A stretch of 64,000 bases of DNA from Candidatus Multivoradales bacterium. Its GTDB lineage: Bacteria; Acidobacteriota; Thermoanaerobaculia; Multivoradales; Multivoraceae. Within the stretch, counting starts at the first letter, position 1. Each line of letters starts with the position of its first letter. The translations under genes were made by a program, and so were the position numbers. Under the pieces are notes generated by a model. That model did no database searches. It was not told the DNA's origin and saw only the letters and a list, made by a program, of their open reading frames with translations. This document shows, piece after piece, positions 50,083-60,167 of the stretch. The DNA lies in the NCBI GenBank assembly GCA_965223325.1, contig CBDCWI010000002.1, positions 352,001 to 416,000 of the forward strand, given 5' to 3'.

Positions 50083-53000
50083 TCAGGCCTTGCTATGGCC
50101 GAACCAGGAATCGAGAACCGCGTAGAGCGCCGGCACCACCAAGAGGGTCAGGGCGGTCGACGCCAACAAGCCGCCGATCACCGTAATCGCCATCGGGGCG
50201 CGAAGTTCGCTGCCTTCGCCGAGGCCAAGCGCCAGCGGCAGGAGACCGAGGACCGTCGTAGCGGTGGTCATCAGAATAGGGCGCAACCTGACGCGGCCGG
50301 CCTCGCGCAGGGCCTCGATGCGGGGCAGCCCCCCCGCCTCGCCGCCCTCTTCCCCAGGAGCGACATCAGAACTCTCGCCGCGGCGGAGCCGGTTCGTGTA
50401 GTCAATGAGGACGATGGCGTTATTGACCACGATTCCGGCGAGGAGAATCGCACCAATCAGAACCACGATACTGATCGTGGTGTTCGTCAGCACCAGGAGA
50501 ACAACCGCTCCGATCACCGAAAGCGGGACGCTGAACAGAATGACCAACGGGTGTAGAAGCGATTCGAACTGCGAAGCCATGACCAGGTAGACCATGAACA
50601 CGGCGAGCAGGATGGCGAGGCGCATGCTGTCGAAGGAGGTCTCCATCTCTTCCCGCTGGCCGCCGAGCTCGTAGGAGAACCCCACCGGGAGCTCGCTCCC
50701 CGCCATCACGGTCTCGATATCTTCACTCACCGAACCCAGGTCTCGGCCTTCGAGGTTGGCGGTGATTCGCGCGACCCGCGACCCGTCGGCGCGGCGAATT
50801 TCGGCCGGGCCGATCGTCTCGATGACCTCTGCCACCGCTGACAGCGGCAGCGAGGTGGTCTCACCCGCCCGAATGTCGAGGTTCTCGAGATCGCGCACGC
50901 TGTCGCGGAAGCGTTCATCGGAGCGCAGGCGAATCTCGATGTTGCGGTCGTCGCGGTGGATGTCGGTGGCAATGTCGCCCTGGATCTTGGAACGCAAGAG
51001 GCCGCCGATATCACCGACCGTGAGGCCAAAGGCGGCAAGTCGATCGCGATCGAAGAGAATCTGTAGCTCCGGGTTGCCACCCTCGGTCGACGACTCGACA
51101 TCCACCAGTCCCTCGATCGCACGCAGTCGCGGCAGGACCTGACTCCCGACGCGCTCGAGCTGCGCGAGGTTGTGGCCGCGGATCTCGATCTCGATCGGTG
51201 TCTTGAAGCTGAAGTACGACGGCCTTCCGAAGCGGTACTCGAAGCCGCCGGTCCGTCCTAGAGGACCCGCCTGTGGCCCCTCGCCACCCGCCGTACCCGC
51301 GGTACCCGCCGTACTGGCAGAGCTGGAATAGAGCGCGTTCTCGTCGTCGAGGAAGGAGCGCAGGTCGTTGATGCGTGCATCTTCGCGCTCGCGGTCACTC
51401 GGCTGCTGCAAAAGAAGGGTTACCTGCGCGGTGTGCTCGCGGGTTTCGCCGGCGACACCTCCCTGCTCGTTGGAGCTGCCAATCAGCGAGTACACGGTCT
51501 CGACGCCATCGAGGCTGGCGGCATACTGCTCGACGCCCTGGACCCGCCGGTCGGTCACCTCGAGTCGACTTCCCGGTGGAAGTTCGAGGTCGACCCACAC
51601 TTCGCCCTGGATCAGCTCGGGAACCAGTTCGCGACCGAGCCGGCCCGCCATCCAGAGCGCCACCAGCAGGAGAAGGAGCCCGAGGCCAATGGCAGGAAAG
51701 GGCCGACGGAGCACCGCGTCGAGGCAGCGGTCGTAGAGCCGCCGCACCACTTCGAAGCCGGCGTCGAAGGCGACGAGAATCGGTGAAAGAAGGGTCCGCA
51801 GAAGGGCCACCAGACCAAGCCAGATCGCGAGCAAGAACCTGACGATCCTCACGACTCCGCTGGTGGCACCGCGTTGCAGCGCCGCCACCGGCCGCGAACG
51901 CGCTCGCGGCGGGGCGTCATCTTCGAAGCCCTCATCGAGCTCTCGCCCGAAGTCCCGTGACGCCAGCATCGGAATGACCGTCAGCGCCACCACCAGCGAA
52001 ACGAGGAGCGAATAGGTCACCGTGAGGGCCTGGTCGCCGAACAACTGCCCGGCGATACCTTCGATGAAAACGATCGGCACAAAGACACAAACGGTGGTGA
52101 TGGTGCTCGCAATGACAGCGCTGCCCACCTCGGAGGCTCCTACCCGCGCCGCCTCCACCAGGTCGAGGCCACGTTCGCGCTGACGCTCGATCGCTTCCAG
52201 AACGACAATCGAGTTGTCGAGCAGCAATCCCACACCGAGGGTCAAGCCACCGAGAGACATGATGTTGAGCGACACGTCCGAGACGAACATCAAGAAGAAG
52301 GTCGCCATCACCGAAACCGGAATCGAGATGGCGATGATGACGGTGTTGCGCGCCGAACGGAGGAAGAGAAACAGCACCACGACGGCCAGAGCACCACCCA
52401 TGACGGCGCTCGATAGCACCGCACTGACCGACTCGCGGATATAGCGCGACTGGTCGGTGACCACGGTCAGGTCGAGGGTCGGGTCGAGGCGCCGCAGGCG
52501 ATCGCGCAGGTCGTCGAGTTGCTCGCGCACATCGTCGGCCACGGTGACGGTGTTGGTGCCGCCCTCTTTGTAGACCGCGACTTCGACGCTTTCGAGGCCG
52601 TTGATGCGGGTGATGATCTCTCGTTCGCGGGTTCCCTTGTAGACCCGTGCCACATCTTCGAGACGGACCGTTGCGCCGCCGGAGCGGTCGACGACGATCT
52701 GCTGGAGTTCGTCGGGCCGGACGATCTCGTTGATCGTGCGCACCAGGTACTCGGTCTGCCCCTCGCGCAGTCGGCCACCCGTGAGGTTGACATTCTCGGC
52801 GGCCAGCCGACTGGTGATCTGGCGAATGTCGAGGCCGAGCGAAGTGAGCTTGCGCTCGTCGACCTCGACTTGAATCTCTTCCTCGAGCCCCCCGGAAACC
52901 AGTGCCGCCGCCACACCCTCGACGCGCTCGAGCGAGCGCCGCACCTCCTCTTCGGCCAGGAGGCGTAGCCGAATCAGGTCGTCGATTCCGGTGATACCGA

Positions 53001-53415
53001 CCCGCAGAATCGGATCGAGCGATGGGTCGTAGCGCAGCAGGACCGGCCGGTCGGCATCGATCGGTAGCCGAATCACATCGAGACGCTCGCGCACGTCGAG
53101 CGAAGCGAAATCCATGTCGGTGCCCCAGGCGAATTCGAGCGTCACCTCCGAGGTATCGGCACGCGAGCTCGAAGTAACGGCAACGACGTTGTTGACCACC
53201 CCGACGGCATCTTCGATCGGCCGGGTCACCAGGGTCTCGATCTCGGCCGGCGCCGCCCCCTCGTAGTCGGTACGCACGGTCACCGAGGGGTAGGTGATGT
53301 CGGGCAGCAGATCGACCGCGAGCTGCTCGAACGCCACGACGCCAAAGACCACCGCCGCAACCGCGAAGATGAACACCGTCACCGGACGGCGAATCGAGAA
53401 GTTGACCGTACGCAA
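50083..53415 (-). CDS. RND efflux permease (AcrB/MdtB-like) 2
   Basis: SIRRPV, LLPDITYP, DNSIVVLE, QFESLLHP, GIVVNNAIVLID, RLRPILMT. Confidence 0.95.
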   Translation of the reverse strand: MRTVNFSIRRPVTVFIFAVAAVVFGVVAFEQLAVDLLPDITYPSVTVRTDYEGAAPAEIETLVTRPIEDAVGVVNNVVAVTSSSRADTSEVTLEFAWGTDMDFASLDVRERLDVIRLPIDADRPVLLRYDPSLDPILRVGITGIDDLIRLRLLAEEEVRRSLERVEGVAAALVSGGLEEEIQVEVDERKLTSLGLDIRQITSRLAAENVNLTGGRLREGQTEYLVRTINEIVRPDELQQIVVDRSGGATVRLEDVARVYKGTREREIITRINGLESVEVAVYKEGGTNTVTVADDVREQLDDLRDRLRRLDPTLDLTVVTDQSRYIRESVSAVLSSAVMGGALAVVVLFLFLRSARNTVIIAISIPVSVMATFFLMFVSDVSLNIMSLGGLTLGVGLLLDNSIVVLEAIERQRERGLDLVEAARVGASEVGSAVIASTITTVCVFVPIVFIEGIAGQLFGDQALTVTYSLLVSLVVALTVIPMLASRDFGRELDEGFEDDAPPRARSRPVAALQRGATSGVVRIVRFLLAIWLGLVALLRTLLSPILVAFDAGFEVVRRLYDRCLDAVLRRPFPAIGLGLLLLLVALWMAGRLGRELVPELIQGEVWVDLELPPGSRLEVTDRRVQGVEQYAASLDGVETVYSLIGSSNEQGGVAGETREHTAQVTLLLQQPSDREREDARINDLRSFLDDENALYSSSASTAGTAGTAGGEGPQAGPLGRTGGFEYRFGRPSYFSFKTPIEIEIRGHNLAQLERVGSQVLPRLRAIEGLVDVESSTEGGNPELQILFDRDRLAAFGLTVGDIGGLLRSKIQGDIATDIHRDDRNIEIRLRSDERFRDSVRDLENLDIRAGETTSLPLSAVAEVIETIGPAEIRRADGSRVARITANLEGRDLGSVSEDIETVMAGSELPVGFSYELGGQREEMETSFDSMRLAILLAVFMVYLVMASQFESLLHPLVILFSVPLSVIGAVVLLVLTNTTISIVVLIGAILLAGIVVNNAIVLIDYTNRLRRGESSDVAPGEEGGEAGGLPRIEALREAGRVRLRPILMTTATTVLGLLPLALGLGEGSELRAPMAITVIGGLLASTALTLLVVPALYAVLDSWFGHSKA

Positions 53416-53421
53416 AGGGGT

Positions 53422-55188
53422 TTAGCCCACGGGACGGCCGAAGGGCGACTCGCCGTTCTCTATGCGCTTGATGCGCTCTTCGATCTCGTCGTCGCTGAGG
53501 CCACGTTCCTTCATCCGCGTGCGGATCTCGTCGAGCCGCTCCGGCGTGAGCTCACCGGGCGGCGGTCCGCCGCCGCGACCGCGGCGCGCCTTCATCACTT
53601 CGAGACGCTCCTCGATCTGAGCCTCGGTGAGCCCCTCGCTCTCGAGGCGCTTGCGAATGCGCTCGACGACCTCCGGCGGTGGGCCTTCACCCGGGGTCAC
53701 CGCTCCTTCGGTTCTTTGCATCGTTGCGCTGCGCTGTCGCCCGCCGGTGGCGGGCGCCGCTTCAGTTGCCTGTGAGGCGGGCCTGGTCACCGGGGGGCTC
53801 TGTCTGGCGTCGTCGCTTGCCTCTGCAGCCTCGCGCGCCGCGGATGGCCGGCCGGCCTCTCTTCCAGTGCCACCGGGTCGCCGATCGCCGCCCGCCTGCA
53901 TCGCCTCGAGACGCTCCTCGATCTGCTCGTCGCTCATGCCGCGCTCTTTCATGCGCTGCTTGATGCCTTCGATCATCTCGGGGCTCGGAGGCCCGCCGCC
54001 AAAGCCTGGTGGGCCGGCGCCGGCCAAAGGCGGCGCGGTGGCGGCATCTGATTCAGACAGTACGTAGACCGCGGTTCCGTCGCTGACCGCTTCCTGGCCA
54101 ATGGTGATCACCCGCTCGCCCTCGCTCAATCCATTGGTCACCTCGACCATGTCCGACTCGGCGAAACCGAGCCCGATCTCACGACGCCTGGCGACCTCGC
54201 CATCCAGAACGTAGACCGTGTCGCCAACGCTCTCGAGCACCAGCGCACGCCGTGGAATGACGAGGGTGTTCTCACGCCGGTCGATCTCGAGGAAGACGGA
54301 AGCGAACATCCCGGGGCGCAGGTCACCTTCACCGTCGACTGACAGGGTGACCTTGAAGGTGCCGGTGGCAGCATCGATGACCGGGCTCTTGCGCAGGACG
54401 CGAGCGTTGAAACGCCGATCCCCGAAGGCCTCGACGCTCAAATACCCTGACTGCCCCACCGCGAGCCGCGGCAGGTCTTTCTCCGGCAGCTGTACCGGCG
54501 CCAGGAGCGGTGTGAAATCGGACAGGCGAAACAGCCTTTGACCGTTGTTGACAAACTCGGCGAACTTGATCGCCCGCTCGATCACCAGGCCGCTGAAAGG
54601 CGCTCGGATCTCGGTGTAGCCATGTTGGATCTCAACCGCCTGCAGGCGGGCGTTGGCCGAATCCAGTCGTGCCTTCGCCGTCTCGTAGGTCTCCTGCGAG
54701 ATGATGCCCGCCTCTTGCGTCTTCACCGCGCGCTCGAAAGCTACCCGTGCCTCCTCGACCTCCACCCGCGCCAGCTCGAGGTCAGACTCGACCGGTTCGG
54801 GATCGATGCGCGCCAGGAGGCGGCCGCGCTCGACGTACATTCCTTCCTCAGCTTCCAACTCGACGATCGGACCCGAGATCCGGGCGACGATGTCGACCTC
54901 GTTCTCGGCCTCGAGGGTGCCGTTGGCCTCGATATAGTCGGCAATCTCGCGCCGCTCCACCGTCTCGACCTCGACCGGAATCGCCGTGCTCCCGGCGGCC
55001 TCGCCACCGCCGAAGCCTCCAAAGCCACCGCCGAGACCACCGCGACCGCCGCCGGCTCGGCCGCCACCACGCTCGGAAGAAGCCGCTTCGCTACCGCCTC
55101 CGCAGGCTGCCAGGAGCAACACCAGCGAAGCGACGAACAGCAGACAGGCCAGTAGCCTGGCGATTGGAGAATCAGGAGATGGTTGCAT
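53422..55188 (-). CDS. RND periplasmic adaptor (MFP) lipoprotein with triple-repeat C-terminal extension
   Basis: Lipobox LLLAAC, IRAPFSG, LRPGMF, GLSEGERV, then about 185 extra residues. Confidence 0.92.
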   Translation of the reverse strand: MQPSPDSPIARLLACLLFVASLVLLLAACGGGSEAASSERGGGRAGGGRGGLGGGFGGFGGGEAAGSTAIPVEVETVERREIADYIEANGTLEAENEVDIVARISGPIVELEAEEGMYVERGRLLARIDPEPVESDLELARVEVEEARVAFERAVKTQEAGIISQETYETAKARLDSANARLQAVEIQHGYTEIRAPFSGLVIERAIKFAEFVNNGQRLFRLSDFTPLLAPVQLPEKDLPRLAVGQSGYLSVEAFGDRRFNARVLRKSPVIDAATGTFKVTLSVDGEGDLRPGMFASVFLEIDRRENTLVIPRRALVLESVGDTVYVLDGEVARRREIGLGFAESDMVEVTNGLSEGERVITIGQEAVSDGTAVYVLSESDAATAPPLAGAGPPGFGGGPPSPEMIEGIKQRMKERGMSDEQIEERLEAMQAGGDRRPGGTGREAGRPSAAREAAEASDDARQSPPVTRPASQATEAAPATGGRQRSATMQRTEGAVTPGEGPPPEVVERIRKRLESEGLTEAQIEERLEVMKARRGRGGGPPPGELTPERLDEIRTRMKERGLSDDEIEERIKRIENGESPFGRPVG

Positions 55189-58100
55189 CGAGGGCCTCAC
55201 CGGGTGTTGCCCTCGGACGGCGTCTAGCAAGCGCCGCGACCCGGCGTACGAAACGCGTCGCGTCGTCAATGAGGGAGTAGATCGTGGGAATGACCAGGAG
55301 GGTCAAGAAGGTCGAAGTCGTCAAGCCGCCGAGAATCACCAACCCCATCGGCGCCCAGTACGCAGCGCGCCCCTCGGGGCGGCCGAAGATCTCCGGCAGA
55401 ACAAACGGGGCAACCATCGGCGAGAGCCCGAGAATCGTGGTGATCGCGGTCATCAGAATCGGTCGCAACCGGTGCTTGCCACCGAGGACGATCGCCTCGT
55501 CTCGGGCCAAGCCCTCGCGGCGCAAATGACCGATGTGATCGATCAACACGATCGCGTTGTTGACGACAATGCCAGCGAGGATGATCAGACCCATGTCGGC
55601 GGCACCATCGCGCGGCTGCCCAACCGCTTTCATCACCAGCCCGACGCCGATGAACGCGAAGGGAATCGAGAACATGATGGTCAGCGGTTGAGCGAAGCTC
55701 TCGAACAGCGACGCCATGATCATGTAGATGAGAATGGTCGCAAAGATGAAGGCGAAGATCGCCGAGTTCGCGTCGTCTTCGGCATCGTCCCAGGAGCGCC
55801 CAAAGCCGAGTGAGTAGCCTTCGGGCATCGGAATGCCGGCGATCGTCCCGCTCACCATACGCTGCAACACGAACGACGGGATCGCGGTTGTCGACTCGGC
55901 ACTGATGGTGATGCGCGCATTGCGGTTCTCACGTGTGATCGAGCGCGCTCCACGTGCGACATCGAAGGTCGCCAGGCTACCGATGGGTACCGCGGCAGAC
56001 TCGAGAGCGCCGGGAGTTCGCACGCGCACCGGCAGTTTGCGCAGCTGGTCGAGAGTCTCGCGATCTTCCTCGCGGTACTGCATCACCACCCCAACCTCGC
56101 GCTCGGGGGTCTTGATGTAGCTCAGATTGCGTTCCGAGAGCGCCGAGCTCACGGTCTGCCCCACCGCCCGCGAGGAGAGCCCCGATTGGAGAGCACGGCT
56201 CGGCTCGACACTCAAGACGATCTCCTGGTCGCCGCTCTCGAGCGAGGTGTCAATGTCTTTGAGCATCGGCAGTGCGCGCAAGTGCTCGACCACCATCGGC
56301 GCCAGCAGCTCGAGAACCGCCATGTCCTCACCCTCGAGTTCGAGGTTGAGCCCCCCGCCTCCCCCAGGTGGCCCGCGCCGGCTTTGGGCGAGACGGAAGG
56401 TCACGCCCGCCATGGTCGGCAGTGCCTCCCTGATCTCGTCGCTGATCTCCTCTGGCGAACGCTCGGCTTCGGCCTCCGGGGTCAGGTAGATGTCGAAACG
56501 GTTGCTTCCACCGTGACCACGTGACCTCGAACGCGCCGCACCGAGGTTCCATCGATAGGCGACGTCGGCGATCTCCCAGGCTTCGCGATTTTCGTCCAGC
56601 AACTCGTAGACGCCACGATAGAGCGCCATCTTCTCGTCGCTCGTAGCCTGCGCCGGCGCATCGACGGAAAGGGTGAACTCACGCCCCAGCGAGGGGGGCT
56701 GCATGGAGCGACCGATCCCCATGTAGAGGTTCCACGAGAACCAGAGGAGACCAATCGAGGCGGCGGCAAACAGCAACCGGTGACGGAGGGTGAACCCGAT
56801 CACCCCGCCGTACAGGCTGATCACCCGATCGAGAACCGGCATGTGGCGGCGGGTCTCAGCGCGCAGGATGAGCGCCGCAACCATCGGCACGACGGTCAGG
56901 GAAATGATCAGCGAGGCGACCATCACCACCACGACGGTCAAGCCGATATCTCCCATGAAACGCAAGAAGCCCCTGCCGCCACCGGAAACGAAGATCATCG
57001 GTACGAAGACGCAGGCGGTGGTGATCGTCGACGCGATGATCGGCATCGCCACTGCGCTGGCGCCGTGGAGGGCGGCAGTGCGGGCATCTTCACCGAGTTC
57101 ACTGCGATGCCGGAAGATGGACTCTATGACGACGATCGAGTTGTCGAACAACATGCCGACTGCCAGCATCAGTCCCATCAGGCTCATCACGTTGAGGGTG
57201 ATGTCGGTCACACCCAACTGGCGCAGCAGGTAGATGATCACGAAGGTACCGATGAGCGACAGGGGAATCGCGATCGCGATCAAAACGGTAGTGCGAAAAC
57301 GGCGCAGGAAGAGGAACATGAAGACCACCGCCAGTCCGCCGCCAATGAAGCCAGCCTTGCTGAGCTCGGTGAGGCCCTGCGTCACGTCTTTCGAGGCGTC
57401 GTGAAAGTGCTTGACCACCAGGCCCTCGGCCTCGGGCATGGCAGCGATGTCGGCGAGCTCACGCTTGACGACATTGACGACGCTGAGCACGTTGGCGCTC
57501 GAGACCTTGTTGATCGAGAGTGACACCGACTCGGTACCGTTCAGATAGCTGAAGGAGCGCTTGGCGGGAAAGTCGTAACTGACCTCTGCAACGTCTTCGA
57601 TCTTCAGACCATCGGCGCGGATGGGCACGTTCCTGATCTGGTCGATGGTGCGCAGTTCGCCGATCGCGCGCACCAAGAGCACCCGACCGCGCTCGCGCAA
57701 GACACCTGCTGATGTGTTCTGGTTGGCCAATCGAATGGCGCTGGCAAGGTCTGAGACGTCGACACCGTGAGCGGCGAGGCGCGAGGGAATGAGGTCGATG
57801 CGCAGCTGCCGGGTGCGAATGCCGTGCACTCCGGCCTGTGCCACGCCTTCCAGGCGCTCGAGCCGCGGCTGCACCACCTCTTCGACGAACTGGTTCAGGC
57901 GTTCTTCGCTCCACGGCGCCGCCAGGTTGCTGCGCAGAACCGGAATGTCGCTACTCTGAAACCGTCGCACCCAGACCCGCTCGAGGTCGTCTGGAAGTTG
58001 GTTGCGCACCCGGTCGATGCGGTCGCGCACATCGACCGCGGCCAGGTCCATGTCAACGTTCTCAGCGAAGGTGAGGTTGACCGAGCCGCTCTCCGCCGAG

Positions 58101-58450
58101 GCATTCGAGGTCAACGTCTCGACCCCGTTGATGGTACCCAGGCTGTCTTCGAGCGGTCGTACGATCTGACGCTCGACTTCTTCGGGCGATGACGACGGCC
58201 AGGGAGCGAAGACCGAAACGGAGTTGCTCTCGAAGCTGGGCAGGAACTCGAGCGGCAGCCGCATCAGCGAGAGCACGCCGAGAACGATCAGGCCCAGGAT
58301 CGCCATGACCATGGTGATCTTGCGATCGATCGCGAAACGCACCACGGGATGATTGCGGGCGATCGAGGTGCGCTCGCGTTGCCGTTGGCGGCGCTCTGTT
58401 GAGGGTCCAGCAGCGCCTTCGGACGAAGGATCGTTTGACTCAATGCTCAT
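55172..58450 (-). CDS. RND efflux permease (AcrB/MdtC-like) 1
   Basis: LPLEFLP, DNSIVVIE, LFESFAQP, GIVVNNAIVLID, RLRPILMT. Start inferred at 58450. Confidence 0.93.
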   Translation of the reverse strand: MSIESNDPSSEGAAGPSTERRQRQRERTSIARNHPVVRFAIDRKITMVMAILGLIVLGVLSLMRLPLEFLPSFESNSVSVFAPWPSSSPEEVERQIVRPLEDSLGTINGVETLTSNASAESGSVNLTFAENVDMDLAAVDVRDRIDRVRNQLPDDLERVWVRRFQSSDIPVLRSNLAAPWSEERLNQFVEEVVQPRLERLEGVAQAGVHGIRTRQLRIDLIPSRLAAHGVDVSDLASAIRLANQNTSAGVLRERGRVLLVRAIGELRTIDQIRNVPIRADGLKIEDVAEVSYDFPAKRSFSYLNGTESVSLSINKVSSANVLSVVNVVKRELADIAAMPEAEGLVVKHFHDASKDVTQGLTELSKAGFIGGGLAVVFMFLFLRRFRTTVLIAIAIPLSLIGTFVIIYLLRQLGVTDITLNVMSLMGLMLAVGMLFDNSIVVIESIFRHRSELGEDARTAALHGASAVAMPIIASTITTACVFVPMIFVSGGGRGFLRFMGDIGLTVVVVMVASLIISLTVVPMVAALILRAETRRHMPVLDRVISLYGGVIGFTLRHRLLFAAASIGLLWFSWNLYMGIGRSMQPPSLGREFTLSVDAPAQATSDEKMALYRGVYELLDENREAWEIADVAYRWNLGAARSRSRGHGGSNRFDIYLTPEAEAERSPEEISDEIREALPTMAGVTFRLAQSRRGPPGGGGGLNLELEGEDMAVLELLAPMVVEHLRALPMLKDIDTSLESGDQEIVLSVEPSRALQSGLSSRAVGQTVSSALSERNLSYIKTPEREVGVVMQYREEDRETLDQLRKLPVRVRTPGALESAAVPIGSLATFDVARGARSITRENRNARITISAESTTAIPSFVLQRMVSGTIAGIPMPEGYSLGFGRSWDDAEDDANSAIFAFIFATILIYMIMASLFESFAQPLTIMFSIPFAFIGVGLVMKAVGQPRDGAADMGLIILAGIVVNNAIVLIDHIGHLRREGLARDEAIVLGGKHRLRPILMTAITTILGLSPMVAPFVLPEIFGRPEGRAAYWAPMGLVILGGLTTSTFLTLLVIPTIYSLIDDATRFVRRVAALARRRPRATPGEALDATIS

Positions 58451-58687
58451 GGTGCTGGGCTCATGGTGCTGCGCTTGTCGCGCTGGTTTCTCTGCCGGAG
58501 GCAATCGGATCACCGGCTCGTCTGACTTCGCTAGGGAAGTCCCAATGTTTTCAGGACATTGGGACGATACGACGAATCGAACGGCGACGATAGCAGCGGT
58601 GAGCTCCGGCCCGTCGACCGGCGACGTAAGCAGCAAGTAAAACCTGGCGAATGCACGCTCTTCTTGAGCCGCAAGTAGGCTCAGACC

Positions 58688-60082
58688 GTGAACAACCGCA
58701 AGCGGGGCCTTACCCCCGACGACTCACCTGCCTGGCAGACGGTGCTCGAGATCTGCCGCCGCGCCGACGTCCATGGAGGGCGTGCGCACCTGGTCGGCGG
58801 GTCGGTACGTGACCGCCTGATCGGCCACCAGGTCCATGACTTTGATCTCGAGGTCTTCGGGCTCGACGGTGAAGCGCTCGAGCGCATGCTGGCGAAGTTC
58901 ACCGAGGTCGACCCGGTGGGCCGCTCGTTCGGCGTTCTCAAAGTCAAGCATTTGCCCATCGACATCGCGCTGCCGCGCCGCGAACGCAAGGTCGGCACCG
59001 GGCATCGCGGTTTCGAAACCCTCGCCGACCCCGAGATGTCGCCCGAGGACGCAGCGGCTCGCCGCGATTTCACCATCAATGCGATTGCCTGGGATCCCCT
59101 CCGGGACCGCCTGATCGACCCCTGGGGCGGCGCCCGAGACCTCGACCGTGGCATCCTCCGGCACACCTCGGAACGCTTCGCCGAAGACCCGCTGCGCGTC
59201 TTACGCGGCATGCAGTTCATCGCCCGCTTCGAACTGTCGCCAGCACCTGAAACAGTCCAGCTGGCGCGCACCATGGGCCTCGAGGGGCTGGCCCCGGAAC
59301 GGATCTTCGAAGAGTGGCGCAAGTACTTTCTCGAGGGTCGCGCGATGAGCCGCGGCCTGTGGTTTCTGCGCTCCACCGGCTGGATTCAGTACTTCCCCGA
59401 GATCGCTGCCCTCATCGACTGCCCTCAGGATCCGATCTGGCATCCCGAGGGGTCGGTCTTTCGCCACACTGGCTTCGTACTCGACGCATTCGCGGCGGAT
59501 CGCATCGCTCTCCCCCACGAGGATCTGCGGGTCGGCCTCGCTTGCCTCTGTCACGACTTCGGGAAGCCCGCCACCACCCGTCTCGAAGGCGGGCGCTGGC
59601 GTTCTCGCCATCACGACTCCTTCGGCGTTCATCCGACCCAGAGCTTTCTTCGGCGAATGACCAATCAGGAGGACCTGATCGCGGACGTTTGCGATCTGGT
59701 CGCTGATCACCTCCGCCCGCGGCAACTCTGGGAGGTCAAAGCCGGTGACGCCGCGATCCGGAGGCTGGCACGCCGCATCGGCCGCATCGATCGCCTGGTG
59801 CGCGTCGCACGGGCCGACTCTTCCGGCCGTCCACCGTTGCCCCCAGACGACGGCGAGGCCGCCGACTGGCTGTTGGCGAAGGCCCAGCGACTCGAGCTCG
59901 AGGCGAGTGCGCCGCAACCGTTGGTTCTCGGACGCCATCTGATCGCTCGCGGCCTCGCTCCCGGTCCGCACTTCGGACCAATGCTCGACGCCGCCTTCGA
60001 GGCGCAGCTCGACGGCACCTTCGATGACGAACGAGGTGCCCTCGCCTGGCTCGACCAGTACCTCGCCAGCAAAAGGGACTAA
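58688..60082 (+). CDS. cca: Class II tRNA nucleotidyltransferase / poly(A) polymerase family with HD domain
   Basis: VGGSVRD, DFDLEV, RRDFTINA, EDPLRVLR, ERIFEE, WHPEG, HDFGK. CCA- versus A-adding specificity not determinable here. Confidence 0.85.
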   Translation: MNNRKRGLTPDDSPAWQTVLEICRRADVHGGRAHLVGGSVRDRLIGHQVHDFDLEVFGLDGEALERMLAKFTEVDPVGRSFGVLKVKHLPIDIALPRRERKVGTGHRGFETLADPEMSPEDAAARRDFTINAIAWDPLRDRLIDPWGGARDLDRGILRHTSERFAEDPLRVLRGMQFIARFELSPAPETVQLARTMGLEGLAPERIFEEWRKYFLEGRAMSRGLWFLRSTGWIQYFPEIAALIDCPQDPIWHPEGSVFRHTGFVLDAFAADRIALPHEDLRVGLACLCHDFGKPATTRLEGGRWRSRHHDSFGVHPTQSFLRRMTNQEDLIADVCDLVADHLRPRQLWEVKAGDAAIRRLARRIGRIDRLVRVARADSSGRPPLPPDDGEAADWLLAKAQRLELEASAPQPLVLGRHLIARGLAPGPHFGPMLDAAFEAQLDGTFDDERGALAWLDQYLASKRD

Positions 60083-60167
60083 CAACACCGAAAGGACTCC
60101 CAGGCACGTACCGCGCACATCGACATCTTGCTATCGTGCGACAAATTTCGAACGCGGAGAATCCGAG

